A stretch of 64,000 nt of DNA, from assembly GCA_963836205.1 (NCBI GenBank), contig CAWIIV010000012.1, positions 96,001 through 160,000 of the forward strand, in the 5' to 3' direction. Positions 1-8,705 of this stretch are shown here, in pieces (position 1 is the first letter of the stretch; every line of letters starts with the position of its first letter). The translations under genes and the position numbers were made by a program. The stretch comes from an uncultured Acidimicrobiia bacterium. Its GTDB lineage: Bacteria; Actinomycetota; Acidimicrobiia; Acidimicrobiales; AC-14. Below the pieces are notes generated by a model, which saw only the letters and a list, made by a program, of their open reading frames with translations, was not told the origin of the DNA and did no database searches.

Positions 1-864
1 ATTGCCGACGCTGGCTGCGCCTGCGGCCGGGACTGCGACAGCCCGGCCAAGCACCCCCTCACCCACCGTGGTGTGCATGACGCCAGCACCGACCCCGTGC
101 GCATCCGCCGCTGGTGGCACCGCTGGCCGGCGGCCAACATCGGCGTCGCCACCGGGGCTGCATCCGGCTTCGCGGTGGTCGACGTCGATCCTGACTCCGG
201 TGGCCGCCGCTCGCTGGCGAAGGTTCGGGCGGCGGGCAGGGAGCTGCCCCCGACGCGCATGGCCTTCAGCGGCGGCGGCGGCTTCCACCTGTTTTACCGG
301 CTGGACCAGGCGACGACTGTCGGCAACACCGTCGGGCGCCTCCCCGGCATCGCCGAACCCCTGCCGGGGATCGACCTGCGGGGCGAGGGCGGCTATGTGG
401 TCGTGGCGCCCAGCCGCCACGCCAGCGGGCGCCACTACCGCTGGTCGCGTCGAGCCGTCGACATGGCCGCCCTGCCGCCGTGGCTGTGGCAGCCGCCCCC
501 GCCCGCCGCCGTCCAGGTCCTGGCCCGGAGCCGGCTGAATTGGACCAGCGCCTACGGTGCGGGGGCCATGGCCGACGAGGTCGACGCCGTGTGCCGCCTC
601 GTCGTGGGGCAACGCAACGACGGGCTGAACCGAGCCGCCTTTCGTCTCGGCCAACTGGTGGGCGGAGGCGAGCTCGCCGCCGATCTGGTGCACGACGAGC
701 TTCTGGCCGCCGGGCTGTCGACAGGGCTCGGCGAGCGGGAGGCGGTCCGCACGATCCACAGCGGACTCCGGGCCGGCGAGCGGTCACCACGGCGGGCTCC
801 CGACGCAGCGGCTGACGCACCTTCTCCTCTGCGATCTGCGTCGATTGGAGGGTCCAATGGCTGA
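1..864 (+). CDS. Bifunctional DNA primase/polymerase (Prim-Pol), 5' end outside the window
   Basis: Frame 1 is open from base 1: CACGRDCDSPAKHP..GVHDASTD, NIGVATG, VVDVD, GGGFHLFY, GIDLRGEGGYVVVAPS, plus C-terminal GQRNDGLNRAAFRLG. Confidence 0.9.
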   Translation: MADAGCACGRDCDSPAKHPLTHRGVHDASTDPVRIRRWWHRWPAANIGVATGAASGFAVVDVDPDSGGRRSLAKVRAAGRELPPTRMAFSGGGGFHLFYRLDQATTVGNTVGRLPGIAEPLPGIDLRGEGGYVVVAPSRHASGRHYRWSRRAVDMAALPPWLWQPPPPAAVQVLARSRLNWTSAYGAGAMADEVDAVCRLVVGQRNDGLNRAAFRLGQLVGGGELAADLVHDELLAAGLSTGLGEREAVRTIHSGLRAGERSPRRAPDAAADAPSPLRSASIGGSNG

Positions 865-1171
865 CCAACACGCGGGGCTCTGGCTCGACGTCGCCGGCGC
901 CGCGGCCTACCTCGGTGTCAGCGAAGCCTTCGTCCGCCGAATCGTGCTCGAGCGTCGGGTCCGCTACTTCAAGGTCGGCAAGCTCCTCCGTTTCCGCCCT
1001 TCAGATCTCGACGCCTTCGTGGAAGTGGGCCGCTGTGACCCGGTCAGCCCGCGCTCCCACGCCCGGTCTCCTCAGCGGAGGGCTGGCGTCGGTACTACGA
1101 CACCGCGCCGAACCGCCGCGGACAAGCTCAGGACAGTTCCCGAGCAGCGAGGCACGTCCGCCGGGCCCTGA
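857..1171 (+). CDS. Excisionase-like HTH DNA-binding protein
   Basis: WLDVAGAAAYLGVSEAFVRRIV..KVGKLLRFRPSDLDAF; ATG 857 follows GGAGG and overlaps the Prim-Pol stop. Confidence 0.85.
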   Translation: MADQHAGLWLDVAGAAAYLGVSEAFVRRIVLERRVRYFKVGKLLRFRPSDLDAFVEVGRCDPVSPRSHARSPQRRAGVGTTTPRRTAADKLRTVPEQRGTSAGP

Positions 1172-1242
1172 TACCGGGATCAGACCGCAGCCGGGGTGCC
1201 ACGTGCCGTGCCGCTTGACGAACGAATTCTCAGCGACGTTGG

Positions 1243-1348
1243 TGACGTGTTCGACCTCGACCCCACGCTCGGTCAACAAATCGTCGCGAATGGACAGGCC
1301 TAGGCGCAGGTACCAGACGACGGCCAGGGTGATGACCTCGGGCGGGGC
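1243..1348 (-). pseudogene. IS6-family transposase N-terminal remnant
   Basis: PPEVITLAVVWYLRLGLSIRDDLLTERGVEVEHVT resembles the IS6 N-terminus; no DDE domain follows. Confidence 0.7.
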
Positions 1349-1408
1349 GGAGCTCTGCACGGGCGGAGACTGCGTCCCCTGCTGGGCGATGGATCTTGCG
1401 ACCGCCAG

Positions 1409-2438
1409 TCACGACCCGGCGGCGGCCAGCCGGACCAGGGGATTCGGGAGGTCGGCCTCGGTGAGGCTGTCGAGGATTCGATATCGCCCCGACGTCCGTT
1501 GCCAGGCGAGCCCGCCCTCGATCCAGTCGTGCAGGGTCCGGATGTACCGGGTGGCGTCGGCCCGGGTTTCGTTATGGAGACCGAGCTCCTCGTAACAGGT
1601 CGGGAGCTCGTCCTCGAGCCCTGTGATCTGTTCGATGAGGGACCGAAAGATCTCTCCGGCCTCGTCGGCGGCGTCCTGCAGAGTGCCACCGCGTTCGTAG
1701 AGCAGCGCGAGAACCGTGTTGTTGCGGACTCCGTGGACCAGGTCGGCCTCGAGGCCGAGGAGATCGTTGCCGACCGTGATCGCGTCGCTCACCGCGTTCT
1801 GCACACCGATCATCCGGCGGTCGGCGAGGAGGGCGTCCGGCAGTGCGTACCGACCGGCGAGCTCCCCGAGAGCGAAGCCGAACCGGGGGGCGGCGTTGTC
1901 CCGGCGGAGCAGGATCGAGCTGGCGACATCGTTCATGTATCGCCGCGAGCGAAGCGCCGCCTCGTCCTCGCAGCCGCGGTGGTAGTCGGTGAGGGTTCGC
2001 AGGAATCGGCGTTGCCAGGACGTCGAACTTCGCGCCGCCGTCCGCCTCCACAGGTCGCCAAAGGCGGCTGCGAGAGGAGTATCGGCGTGCTGCGGCCCGT
2101 GGTCACCGATCCCGAGCCAGGTGCGCACCGTCCAGAGCACCCGCTGGAACTCGTCGCGGTCGCACCACGCTCCCAGCGCCTCCAGGTAGTCATCGAAGAT
2201 GAAGGCGGTCGTCATCCCAGCCGACGAGGATGCGCAGCTCCGGCAGCGCTGCCTCCGGGTAGCAGCGGGCCGTCTGCTCGCCGAACCTGTGGGCGTCGTA
2301 GTGGGCCGCCGCCTTCTCGCTGGTCACGAGTCCGAACCGGCGCATGAAGGTGCGGCACTCCTGCTCCGCCTCATCAACGAGCGGGTTGATGCGGCTGGGG
2401 AACGGGGTGTTCAGCTCCGGGAGGGTGACGATTCCCAT
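1409..2438 (-). CDS. Class I terpene synthase, split by one frameshift near 2216
   Basis: ORF 2190-2438 (PFPSRINP, TARCYP) joins ORF 1409-2215 (FIFDDYLE, LLRRDNA, NDLLGLEAD, WQRTSGRY) if one G in TGGGATG is removed; about 342 aa. Confidence 0.85.
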
Positions 2439-2450
2439 GTTGTCAAGCCG

Positions 2451-3797
2451 TCACGGCCGTGCCTGGATGACCATGTCCAACGGTTGAGGCATCAGGGTGG
2501 CCCGCGGCGGGGCCTGGGTCGCCTGGTCTGGGACAGGGCGGAGCTGCCACCGGCCGGCGATGGCGGCGAGTGTGATCATGGCCTCGGTCATACCGAACTG
2601 GTCCCCGATGCACTTCCGACTGCCGGCGCCGAAGGGGATCAGCGAGCCGCGCTGGATGCCGTCGGCATGCTCCGGGAGCCACCGGTCGGGATCGAAGCGC
2701 TCGGGATCGCCGAACAACCGGGCGTCCCGATGAACCAGGTACGGACTGAAGACGATCATCGTGCCGGCCGCGACGGGGTGGCCGCCCAGCTCGCTGTCCT
2801 CGGTCGTGGTCCGGGTCAGGACCCAGATTGGCGGGTAGAGCCGGAGGACTTCGGTGATGGTACGCCGGGTGTAGTCGAGCCTGGCGAGATCCTCCGTGCC
2901 GGGAATACCACCCCGAAGCTCCCTGTCGATCTCATCGTGCAACTGGCGTTCGACGTCGGGATGGCGGCTGAGGAGGTACATCGTCCAGCTCAGCAGGTTG
3001 GAGGTCGTCTCGGTGCAGGCAGCCAGAAAGGTGACGACTTGGTCGTGGATCTCCTGATCGGTCAGTCCCTGTCCGCTCTGGTCGTCCCGAGTGGCGACGA
3101 GAAGGGACAGCAGATCTCCATGGTCGACGCCCGACGCCCGGTAGTCCCGGACGATGTCGTCGATGACGGCATGGACGCGCCCGACCGCCTGCTTGAAGGC
3201 GCGGTTGGCGGGGGTGGGAAGGGCCTGGAGGAACACGAGACAGGCGACGAAGCGCTTGAACGCACCCTCCGAGAAGATCGGCATCGACCGCTGGATCTCG
3301 GTCTCGGCGTCACGCCCGAGCTCGGTGGAGCAAAGCGTCCGGGCCCCCACTCGCAAGGTGAGGTGGTCCATCGTCGCCTTGACGTCGAGGGTCTGGCCGG
3401 GACGCCACGATGCGACGACCGACCCGATCTCCTCCTGCATCAACGCCACGTAGCCCGGGATTCGGGAGCGGTGGAAGGCCGGTTGCAGGAGCGCTCGTTG
3501 GCGCCGGTGCTCCCGCCAATCGCAGGTGACGAGGCTGTTCCCGAGGACGACGCGGGCGATGTCGAAGAGCCGCCCGCCCTTGTCGTAGACCTTCGGGCTC
3601 GCCAGGACCTCCTGCACCAGGTCGGGGTGACACGTCACGTACGCCCACTGGGGGCCGAGCCGAATCTCGACGAGATCGGCGCACGACCGGAGGGAGGTGA
3701 GGAAGTCCAGCGGCCGGCGCCGGAACTGCAGGGCATGGCCCACCATCGGACGTGCCCCGGGAGCGACTCCCGCCGTAAATGAGCTCGCAGTTGCCAT
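2451..3797 (-). CDS. Cytochrome P450, CYP183/CYP170-like (terpene tailoring)
   Basis: APGARPMVGHA N-terminus, I-helix AACTETT, EVLR (ExxR), PERFDPDRW, heme motif FGAGSRKCIG; ends 12 bp upstream of the terpene synthase. Confidence 0.92.
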   Translation of the reverse strand: MATASSFTAGVAPGARPMVGHALQFRRRPLDFLTSLRSCADLVEIRLGPQWAYVTCHPDLVQEVLASPKVYDKGGRLFDIARVVLGNSLVTCDWREHRRQRALLQPAFHRSRIPGYVALMQEEIGSVVASWRPGQTLDVKATMDHLTLRVGARTLCSTELGRDAETEIQRSMPIFSEGAFKRFVACLVFLQALPTPANRAFKQAVGRVHAVIDDIVRDYRASGVDHGDLLSLLVATRDDQSGQGLTDQEIHDQVVTFLAACTETTSNLLSWTMYLLSRHPDVERQLHDEIDRELRGGIPGTEDLARLDYTRRTITEVLRLYPPIWVLTRTTTEDSELGGHPVAAGTMIVFSPYLVHRDARLFGDPERFDPDRWLPEHADGIQRGSLIPFGAGSRKCIGDQFGMTEAMITLAAIAGRWQLRPVPDQATQAPPRATLMPQPLDMVIQARP

Positions 3798-4338
3798 ATC
3801 AGGTCGCCTATCCACGATTCGCTCGTGCCCTGTCACCACCCTACAGAGGTGGGTGTCCCTCTGCCGCGGTTTACACCCGCCGACATGCGTGGTCACCCAC
3901 CGGGCGGCTCACCCGGAACAGCACGGCTACTCGACCCCTCAACGTCGCCGTGCTGTCCCGCGGGCGTGGACCCGGCCTGCCGGGCCGCGCCCGGCTGGCG
4001 AGCCGTGACCGGTCCTGACCGGGCGTTGGGCTCAGGCTGGTCGCACGACCGACATCCTGGACGCGTACTCGGCCAACAGCTTGTTCAGCACGTGCCACGA
4101 CAGGTCGGATTAGGTCCTGAAGGTCCTCTTGTCGTGGGAGATCTCGTCGACATGATCGAAGTCGTTACGGCCGCCGGGCTGGGCGGGCTTGTCGAGAGCT
4201 GGCGGACCGAGGTCACGACATGCGGGGTGATCCACCACGTCGTCCTGGGGATTCCAAGGTTTCATCCCGAAAATGCGTTCTTCGGATGGCCGTTTGTCGA
4301 CGAACCCCAATTGCATATCAAGAGGTGGTTGCCCACAT

Positions 4339-5307
4339 CTACCGAGGAAGGATCACGGACAGAAGACCGGCTGTCAAGGGAGCTAAGATAGCGACGCCCG
4401 ACTGGAATTGCTCCGCCGGCCTGATCCCGAGCCGCAGGAGCGTCACGAGATTTTCTCGTCCGGAGTACCAGTCTGCAGTCGGCTCGGTCTTCGGCACAGG
4501 ATAGCGTTTGCCGACGAATGCCTCACCAACCGACTCAAGCCTGACGTAGACAGGCACGTAGATCAGTGCTACGAGAGCCGTGAAGAGCAGCCCGTACAAA
4601 ACCACTGCTATTGACGGAAACTCAATAGGGACCTCGAACCTTTTGCCCCAAGCGATCACTGCATTGCGCTGCGCACCTGCGGCTAGGGTAACGGCCGCGA
4701 CGATCGCCCCGAGAACGGCGAGCAGGCGCTGCAGGACCGAGCGAAGATGCATGAGGTGTACGACGATCCGGGCGTCAAGGCCGGACCATTTATCCGTCGT
4801 TTGTTCGACGGCGATGCCCACACGGTGCAGCGCCGCGGCAACCGACCAAATGCCAATGATCGGGGGTCCAGCGGCGAGGAACCCCAGGATGGTCAATAAC
4901 TGGATCCGTGAGGCGTAAGGGTCGAGTACCGCAGGCCGCCAAGAGGAGGCGTTCAACCCAAGACTCCCGGCTACGACGATCGCCAATCCGAGGTGGAGCG
5001 CTAAGAGCTTTCCGCGAGGAACTCTGTACCCGGCCCAGATCCGCCGCAGCGCGGACAGCGAAATAGGAAACAGCACGGCCCAGAGCGCGGACTGTGCGGC
5101 AATCATCGTAGCCCACACCCCGAATTCGGGAACATCGCGCAACGAGTTCCCCCGGTCAGGCACCGAGTTGACCGTCGCGTAGCCGATGATAAGGCCCACG
5201 AAGGTAAGGGCCAACGCCATCGCCGCGTCGCGTGGCGCGGCTGGGAGGCGGAGCTCCGGATCACCCAACTCGCCAAGGTCAGGCGACCCGCCGACATGCT
5301 CCGACAC
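4339..5307 (-). CDS. Multi-pass membrane protein of unknown function
   Basis: 322-aa ORF with about 6-7 hydrophobic segments; codons appear less GC-rich than in core genes. Confidence 0.7.
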   Translation of the reverse strand: MSEHVGGSPDLGELGDPELRLPAAPRDAAMALALTFVGLIIGYATVNSVPDRGNSLRDVPEFGVWATMIAAQSALWAVLFPISLSALRRIWAGYRVPRGKLLALHLGLAIVVAGSLGLNASSWRPAVLDPYASRIQLLTILGFLAAGPPIIGIWSVAAALHRVGIAVEQTTDKWSGLDARIVVHLMHLRSVLQRLLAVLGAIVAAVTLAAGAQRNAVIAWGKRFEVPIEFPSIAVVLYGLLFTALVALIYVPVYVRLESVGEAFVGKRYPVPKTEPTADWYSGRENLVTLLRLGIRPAEQFQSGVAILAPLTAGLLSVILPR

Positions 5308-5342
5308 TTGAGAAGTATGGGGCCGGCGTCAAGAACGTCGCG

Positions 5343-5485
5343 CTGACGACCGAGGAGATCATGGTTTGACCCGGCAGTCGTGACGATGGCCGTCGGGACT
5401 TGGTCGACAGCAACCTGCTCCTGGATGTGCTGACGGAGGCCGACGCCAGGCTCGGGTGTCGGCGAACGCGCTGGCGCAGGCCGGG
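5343..5485 (+). pseudogene. Degenerate VapBC toxin-antitoxin remnant
   Basis: LTTEEIM (AbrB-type antitoxin C-terminus) followed by a broken PIN N-terminus VDSNLLLDVLTE..SANALAQA. Confidence 0.55.
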
Positions 5486-5520
5486 CAATCGGATCGCCCC
5501 GCTGCGATGCCCACCACACG

Positions 5521-7917
5521 GTGCGGACCGCGAACGGATTCCCTCGCGGTCCCATGCATCGTCGTATCGAAGGGCTTACTCTTCTTTCTGTGGCGGCGGC
5601 CGACGGTCCATCCCGTGACGGGGACGACGCGTCCGAGGACGCGCCGTTCACTCTCCTGGGCGACCAGCCTTACGAGTTGGACCGGGATCCCCTGGGTTTC
5701 GACGCCCTCGTCAGCGACCTTGCCGACCTTGTACTCGAATCCCGGGGCTCGACCCCGTTCACGTTGGGGCTGGACGCAGGTTGGGGAATGGGCAAGAGCT
5801 CGCTTATGCGGAAGCTCCGCTCCACGCTGGACGGCTACGACAATGTCACGACCGTGTGGTTCAACGCATGGACCTCCGAGGGCAACAGTGTGCTGGAGGG
5901 GCTCATCAAGTCGGTGCTCGACAGGATCGATCCGAACATCCTGCGCCGCAGCCTCCGCCGGCAGCATCTCGTTCGGGGTTTCCGGCTCACAGTGACCGTT
6001 GTCGCTAGCGTGCTTCGACTCGGGAATCTCGTCGACCGGATCTGGGAGCGGATCTCGATCGACCCTCGCGCCCGCAATGAAATGGCCGAGCTGATGAAAC
6101 TCGCCATGTCAGACTGGATGGCCCGAAGCCGGCAGCCGCAGGGCCGGGTGCTCGTCGTGTTCGTCGATGATCTCGACCGCTGCTCGCCTGCCAGCGTGTT
6201 CCAGGTGTTCGAGGCAATTAAGCTATACCTGGACACGAGCGGATTCGTTTTCGTCCTCGGATATGACTCGTCCATAATCTCGGAGGCCATCCTCGAGGAG
6301 AAGAAGTACAGCAAGCAGATTACGAGCCGGGACTACCTCGAGAAGATCATTCAAATCGGCTACCGAATCCCTATCGCCGACGACGAACATGCCAAGGCTC
6401 TGGTTGAGGAATACCTCGACTCCTCGAACACCTCCCACCTCTTCGATGATTCACTTAAGGCACTCGTAGTCGATCGCAACGACCGGAATCCGCGACGAAT
6501 AAAGCGGTTTATCAACGGCTTCATCCTGCAGTACGGCCTAGACCGGGACTGGGCGGAGCTTGGGGCCGCGAATCTGGTCAAGGTCGAGATTCTGCGCGTC
6601 TACTTTCCCGACTTCGCCCGATTGCTGGGAGGTTCGGGTCCGGCCGACACAATCACCGAGTTCTTGGAATACGTCGAGACGAGAACCTTCCTGAGGCAGG
6701 AGCTCCAAACGGAAGGGCCGAGGTGGGGCCGGGTCAGTGAGGTCTTGGCCTCCCACCACGTCGCAATCGGTCCCGATGGCGAAACGCCGCGGTCCCACCG
6801 CGACCTCCTCCATGCGCTCGAGCAAGAACTGCCCGAAGCCTTTCCGGCCGCTGTTCAGGACGCGAACTTCGTAGCCCTGCTCCAGAGCTTTCCACCCGAG
6901 GCCGATAGGGGTCGGCTCCGCGAGAAGCTCGAGGGCCGGTACGTCCCCCTGTTCAGGCCATCGAGGCTGGTACTGCGGACCGATGGCGGGGGCGACGCGA
7001 AGGAGTTCAACTTTGCCGGGGTGAAACTGCTGTGGATCGACGACAAGCCAGAGCGCAACGCTGCGTTAGCGGCGGCAATCGAGCAGTTCGGCGGCGAGGT
7101 CCACTCCGTGGGCGACTTCGAGGGCGCCGCCGAGTTGCTCCGTTCGGGCGGTGCGATCGACGTGGTGATCGCGGAGATGTCGGGGCGCGGTAGCAACGAT
7201 GCCGGCCTTGGGCTCGTGGGCCGGCTTCAGGAGGAGCGGCTCTTCCGCTGCGCCCTCGTCTTCTATACCGCCCGCGTAACGCCCGCGCGACGTGACGCCG
7301 CTGCAAAGCTGGGCGCGCTCGGGGTCACCAACGATCCGTCGCAGCTGCTTACCCTGCTGACTCGGGCTTTGGCTGCGCCATTGGCCACTGAGTCGCCCGT
7401 CCCTGCGGAGAAGGTGCGCCGGGGACGGAGTCGCACGAGTGCACACCTCCCCAGGGTGTACATCAGCTATCGCCGGGAGGATTCCTCGGGATACGCCGGT
7501 CGCCTCTACGACCAGTTGGCCTCACGAGCTCAACGAGGGACGGTCTTCCGCGACGTGGACTCAATTGCACCCGGCGTCGACTTTTCCCAGGCTGTGAGGA
7601 GCGCCGTGCTGGAAGCGGACGCGCTGGTCGTCGTGATTGGCTTGTCCTGGCTCGACGGGACCGATGGGTCGGGACGACGTCGGCTGGACAATCCCGACGA
7701 CTTCATTCGCCTTGACATCGCCGCGGCGTTGACCTCCAACATGCTTGTGATCCCAGTCCTGGTTGAAGGAGCGGCCATGCCCAGGCCGGATGAGCTTCCG
7801 ACGAATATCAGTGATCTGGCCAGACGTAACGCGGTCGAGCTCTCCGACGAGCGCTGGACATATGACGTCGACCGTCTGGTCGACGTACTCGAAAACTTCG
7901 CGGAGAGGACCGCGTGA
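5521..7917 (+). CDS. KAP-family P-loop NTPase + receiver-like domain + TIR domain fusion
   Basis: Walker A GWGMGKS, Walker B VFVDDLDRC, YLEKIIQ, NPRRIKRF; REC-like LLWIDD; TIR VYISYRREDS..VFRD; start may be GTG 5590. Confidence 0.88.
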   Translation: MRTANGFPRGPMHRRIEGLTLLSVAAADGPSRDGDDASEDAPFTLLGDQPYELDRDPLGFDALVSDLADLVLESRGSTPFTLGLDAGWGMGKSSLMRKLRSTLDGYDNVTTVWFNAWTSEGNSVLEGLIKSVLDRIDPNILRRSLRRQHLVRGFRLTVTVVASVLRLGNLVDRIWERISIDPRARNEMAELMKLAMSDWMARSRQPQGRVLVVFVDDLDRCSPASVFQVFEAIKLYLDTSGFVFVLGYDSSIISEAILEEKKYSKQITSRDYLEKIIQIGYRIPIADDEHAKALVEEYLDSSNTSHLFDDSLKALVVDRNDRNPRRIKRFINGFILQYGLDRDWAELGAANLVKVEILRVYFPDFARLLGGSGPADTITEFLEYVETRTFLRQELQTEGPRWGRVSEVLASHHVAIGPDGETPRSHRDLLHALEQELPEAFPAAVQDANFVALLQSFPPEADRGRLREKLEGRYVPLFRPSRLVLRTDGGGDAKEFNFAGVKLLWIDDKPERNAALAAAIEQFGGEVHSVGDFEGAAELLRSGGAIDVVIAEMSGRGSNDAGLGLVGRLQEERLFRCALVFYTARVTPARRDAAAKLGALGVTNDPSQLLTLLTRALAAPLATESPVPAEKVRRGRSRTSAHLPRVYISYRREDSSGYAGRLYDQLASRAQRGTVFRDVDSIAPGVDFSQAVRSAVLEADALVVVIGLSWLDGTDGSGRRRLDNPDDFIRLDIAAALTSNMLVIPVLVEGAAMPRPDELPTNISDLARRNAVELSDERWTYDVDRLVDVLENFAERTA

Positions 7918-8074
7918 ACGAGACGGCCATCGATCTTGCCGCCCAGACGGAACCGAGCCTCGCCAGGGTCGTTCGAGAATGTGAGTGGTGCCCAAGCCAC
8001 CGGTCACCACTCACCCCGCACCCGTGTCGATCGCTGCCGGGCGATCGCATCCCCACAGGTGTCCGGCGCTCAGA

Positions 8075-8096
8075 AAATCCGCAACAAATCCGCAAC
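8075..8096 (+). repeat. 11-bp tandem repeat AAATCCGCAAC x2 (putative integrase arm site)
   Basis: Exact tandem copies about 105 bp inside the att site. Confidence 0.5.
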
Positions 8097-8200
8097 ATGA
8101 TTGCGCGTGACAGAGCGCAACAGAGAGCAAGAGGGTGGACCAGAAACTGCCCCTCACCAGGACTTTCGCAGAACGGGCCAAGTCAGAGACGTGCGTCCCG

Positions 8201-8249
8201 GCTGCCTTCTAAGCAGCGGGTCGCAGGTTCGAGTCCTGCCGGGGGCGCC
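8201..8249 (+). mobile_element. 3' half of tRNA-Arg(TCT), the attR-type end of an integrative element
   Basis: GCTGC-CTTCTAA-GCAGC anticodon arm, T arm GCAGG-TTCGAGT-CCTGC and acceptor 3' strand; no 5' acceptor strand or D arm. Confidence 0.85.
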
Positions 8250-8329
8250 GGTGGAAGTCCAGGTCAGACTCCCATGCCTTGCTGCCGCGAGCATGTGACG
8301 GCCGGACGACACCGAAGAGATCCCCGCTC

Positions 8330-8560
8330 CGGAGCGCTACTCGCCTGCCGGTCAGAGTGACGAAGTGGCCCAGCGCAGCCTGAGCCTGGCTCGCCGGCAG
8401 CTGCAGATCCTCGACGATGCCCTGGCGGACAGGCGGGCGAGCGAGCCTCATGACGACGAGCGCTTCGCCTGCCCGAAAGGCGGCGAGGGCCTCGCGGGAG
8501 GAGGCCGCTCCCGCTTGGTCCGCGTCAGCGCCCCGTCCGACATTGATGCGTGCCGGTCCG
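8330..8560 (-). pseudogene. Serine resolvase/invertase remnant
   Basis: Across frames: RINVGRG/LTRTKRERP/REALAAFRAGEALVVMRLAR/GIVEDL, similar to an actinobacterial resolvase catalytic domain. Confidence 0.5.
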
Positions 8561-8705
8561 ATGAACGGAAAGGCCGCGGGGAAGTCCACGCCGAGCCGGG
8601 CTCGATCATCTCCCGCACGGGGTTCCGCCCCGTTGCGGCGGTATTCTCGTGACAACCGAACGCGAGGGCATACAGCGTCCCTCGTGACATACGAGAGGCA
8701 AACGT

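Noticed and set aside
4020-4330. Small ORF(s) between the P450 and the membrane protein
   Set aside because: No recognisable motifs and an internal stop; cannot be supported.
8170-8250. Complete tRNA-Arg gene
   Set aside because: Upstream sequence cannot form the 5' acceptor strand or D arm; treated as an att duplicate.
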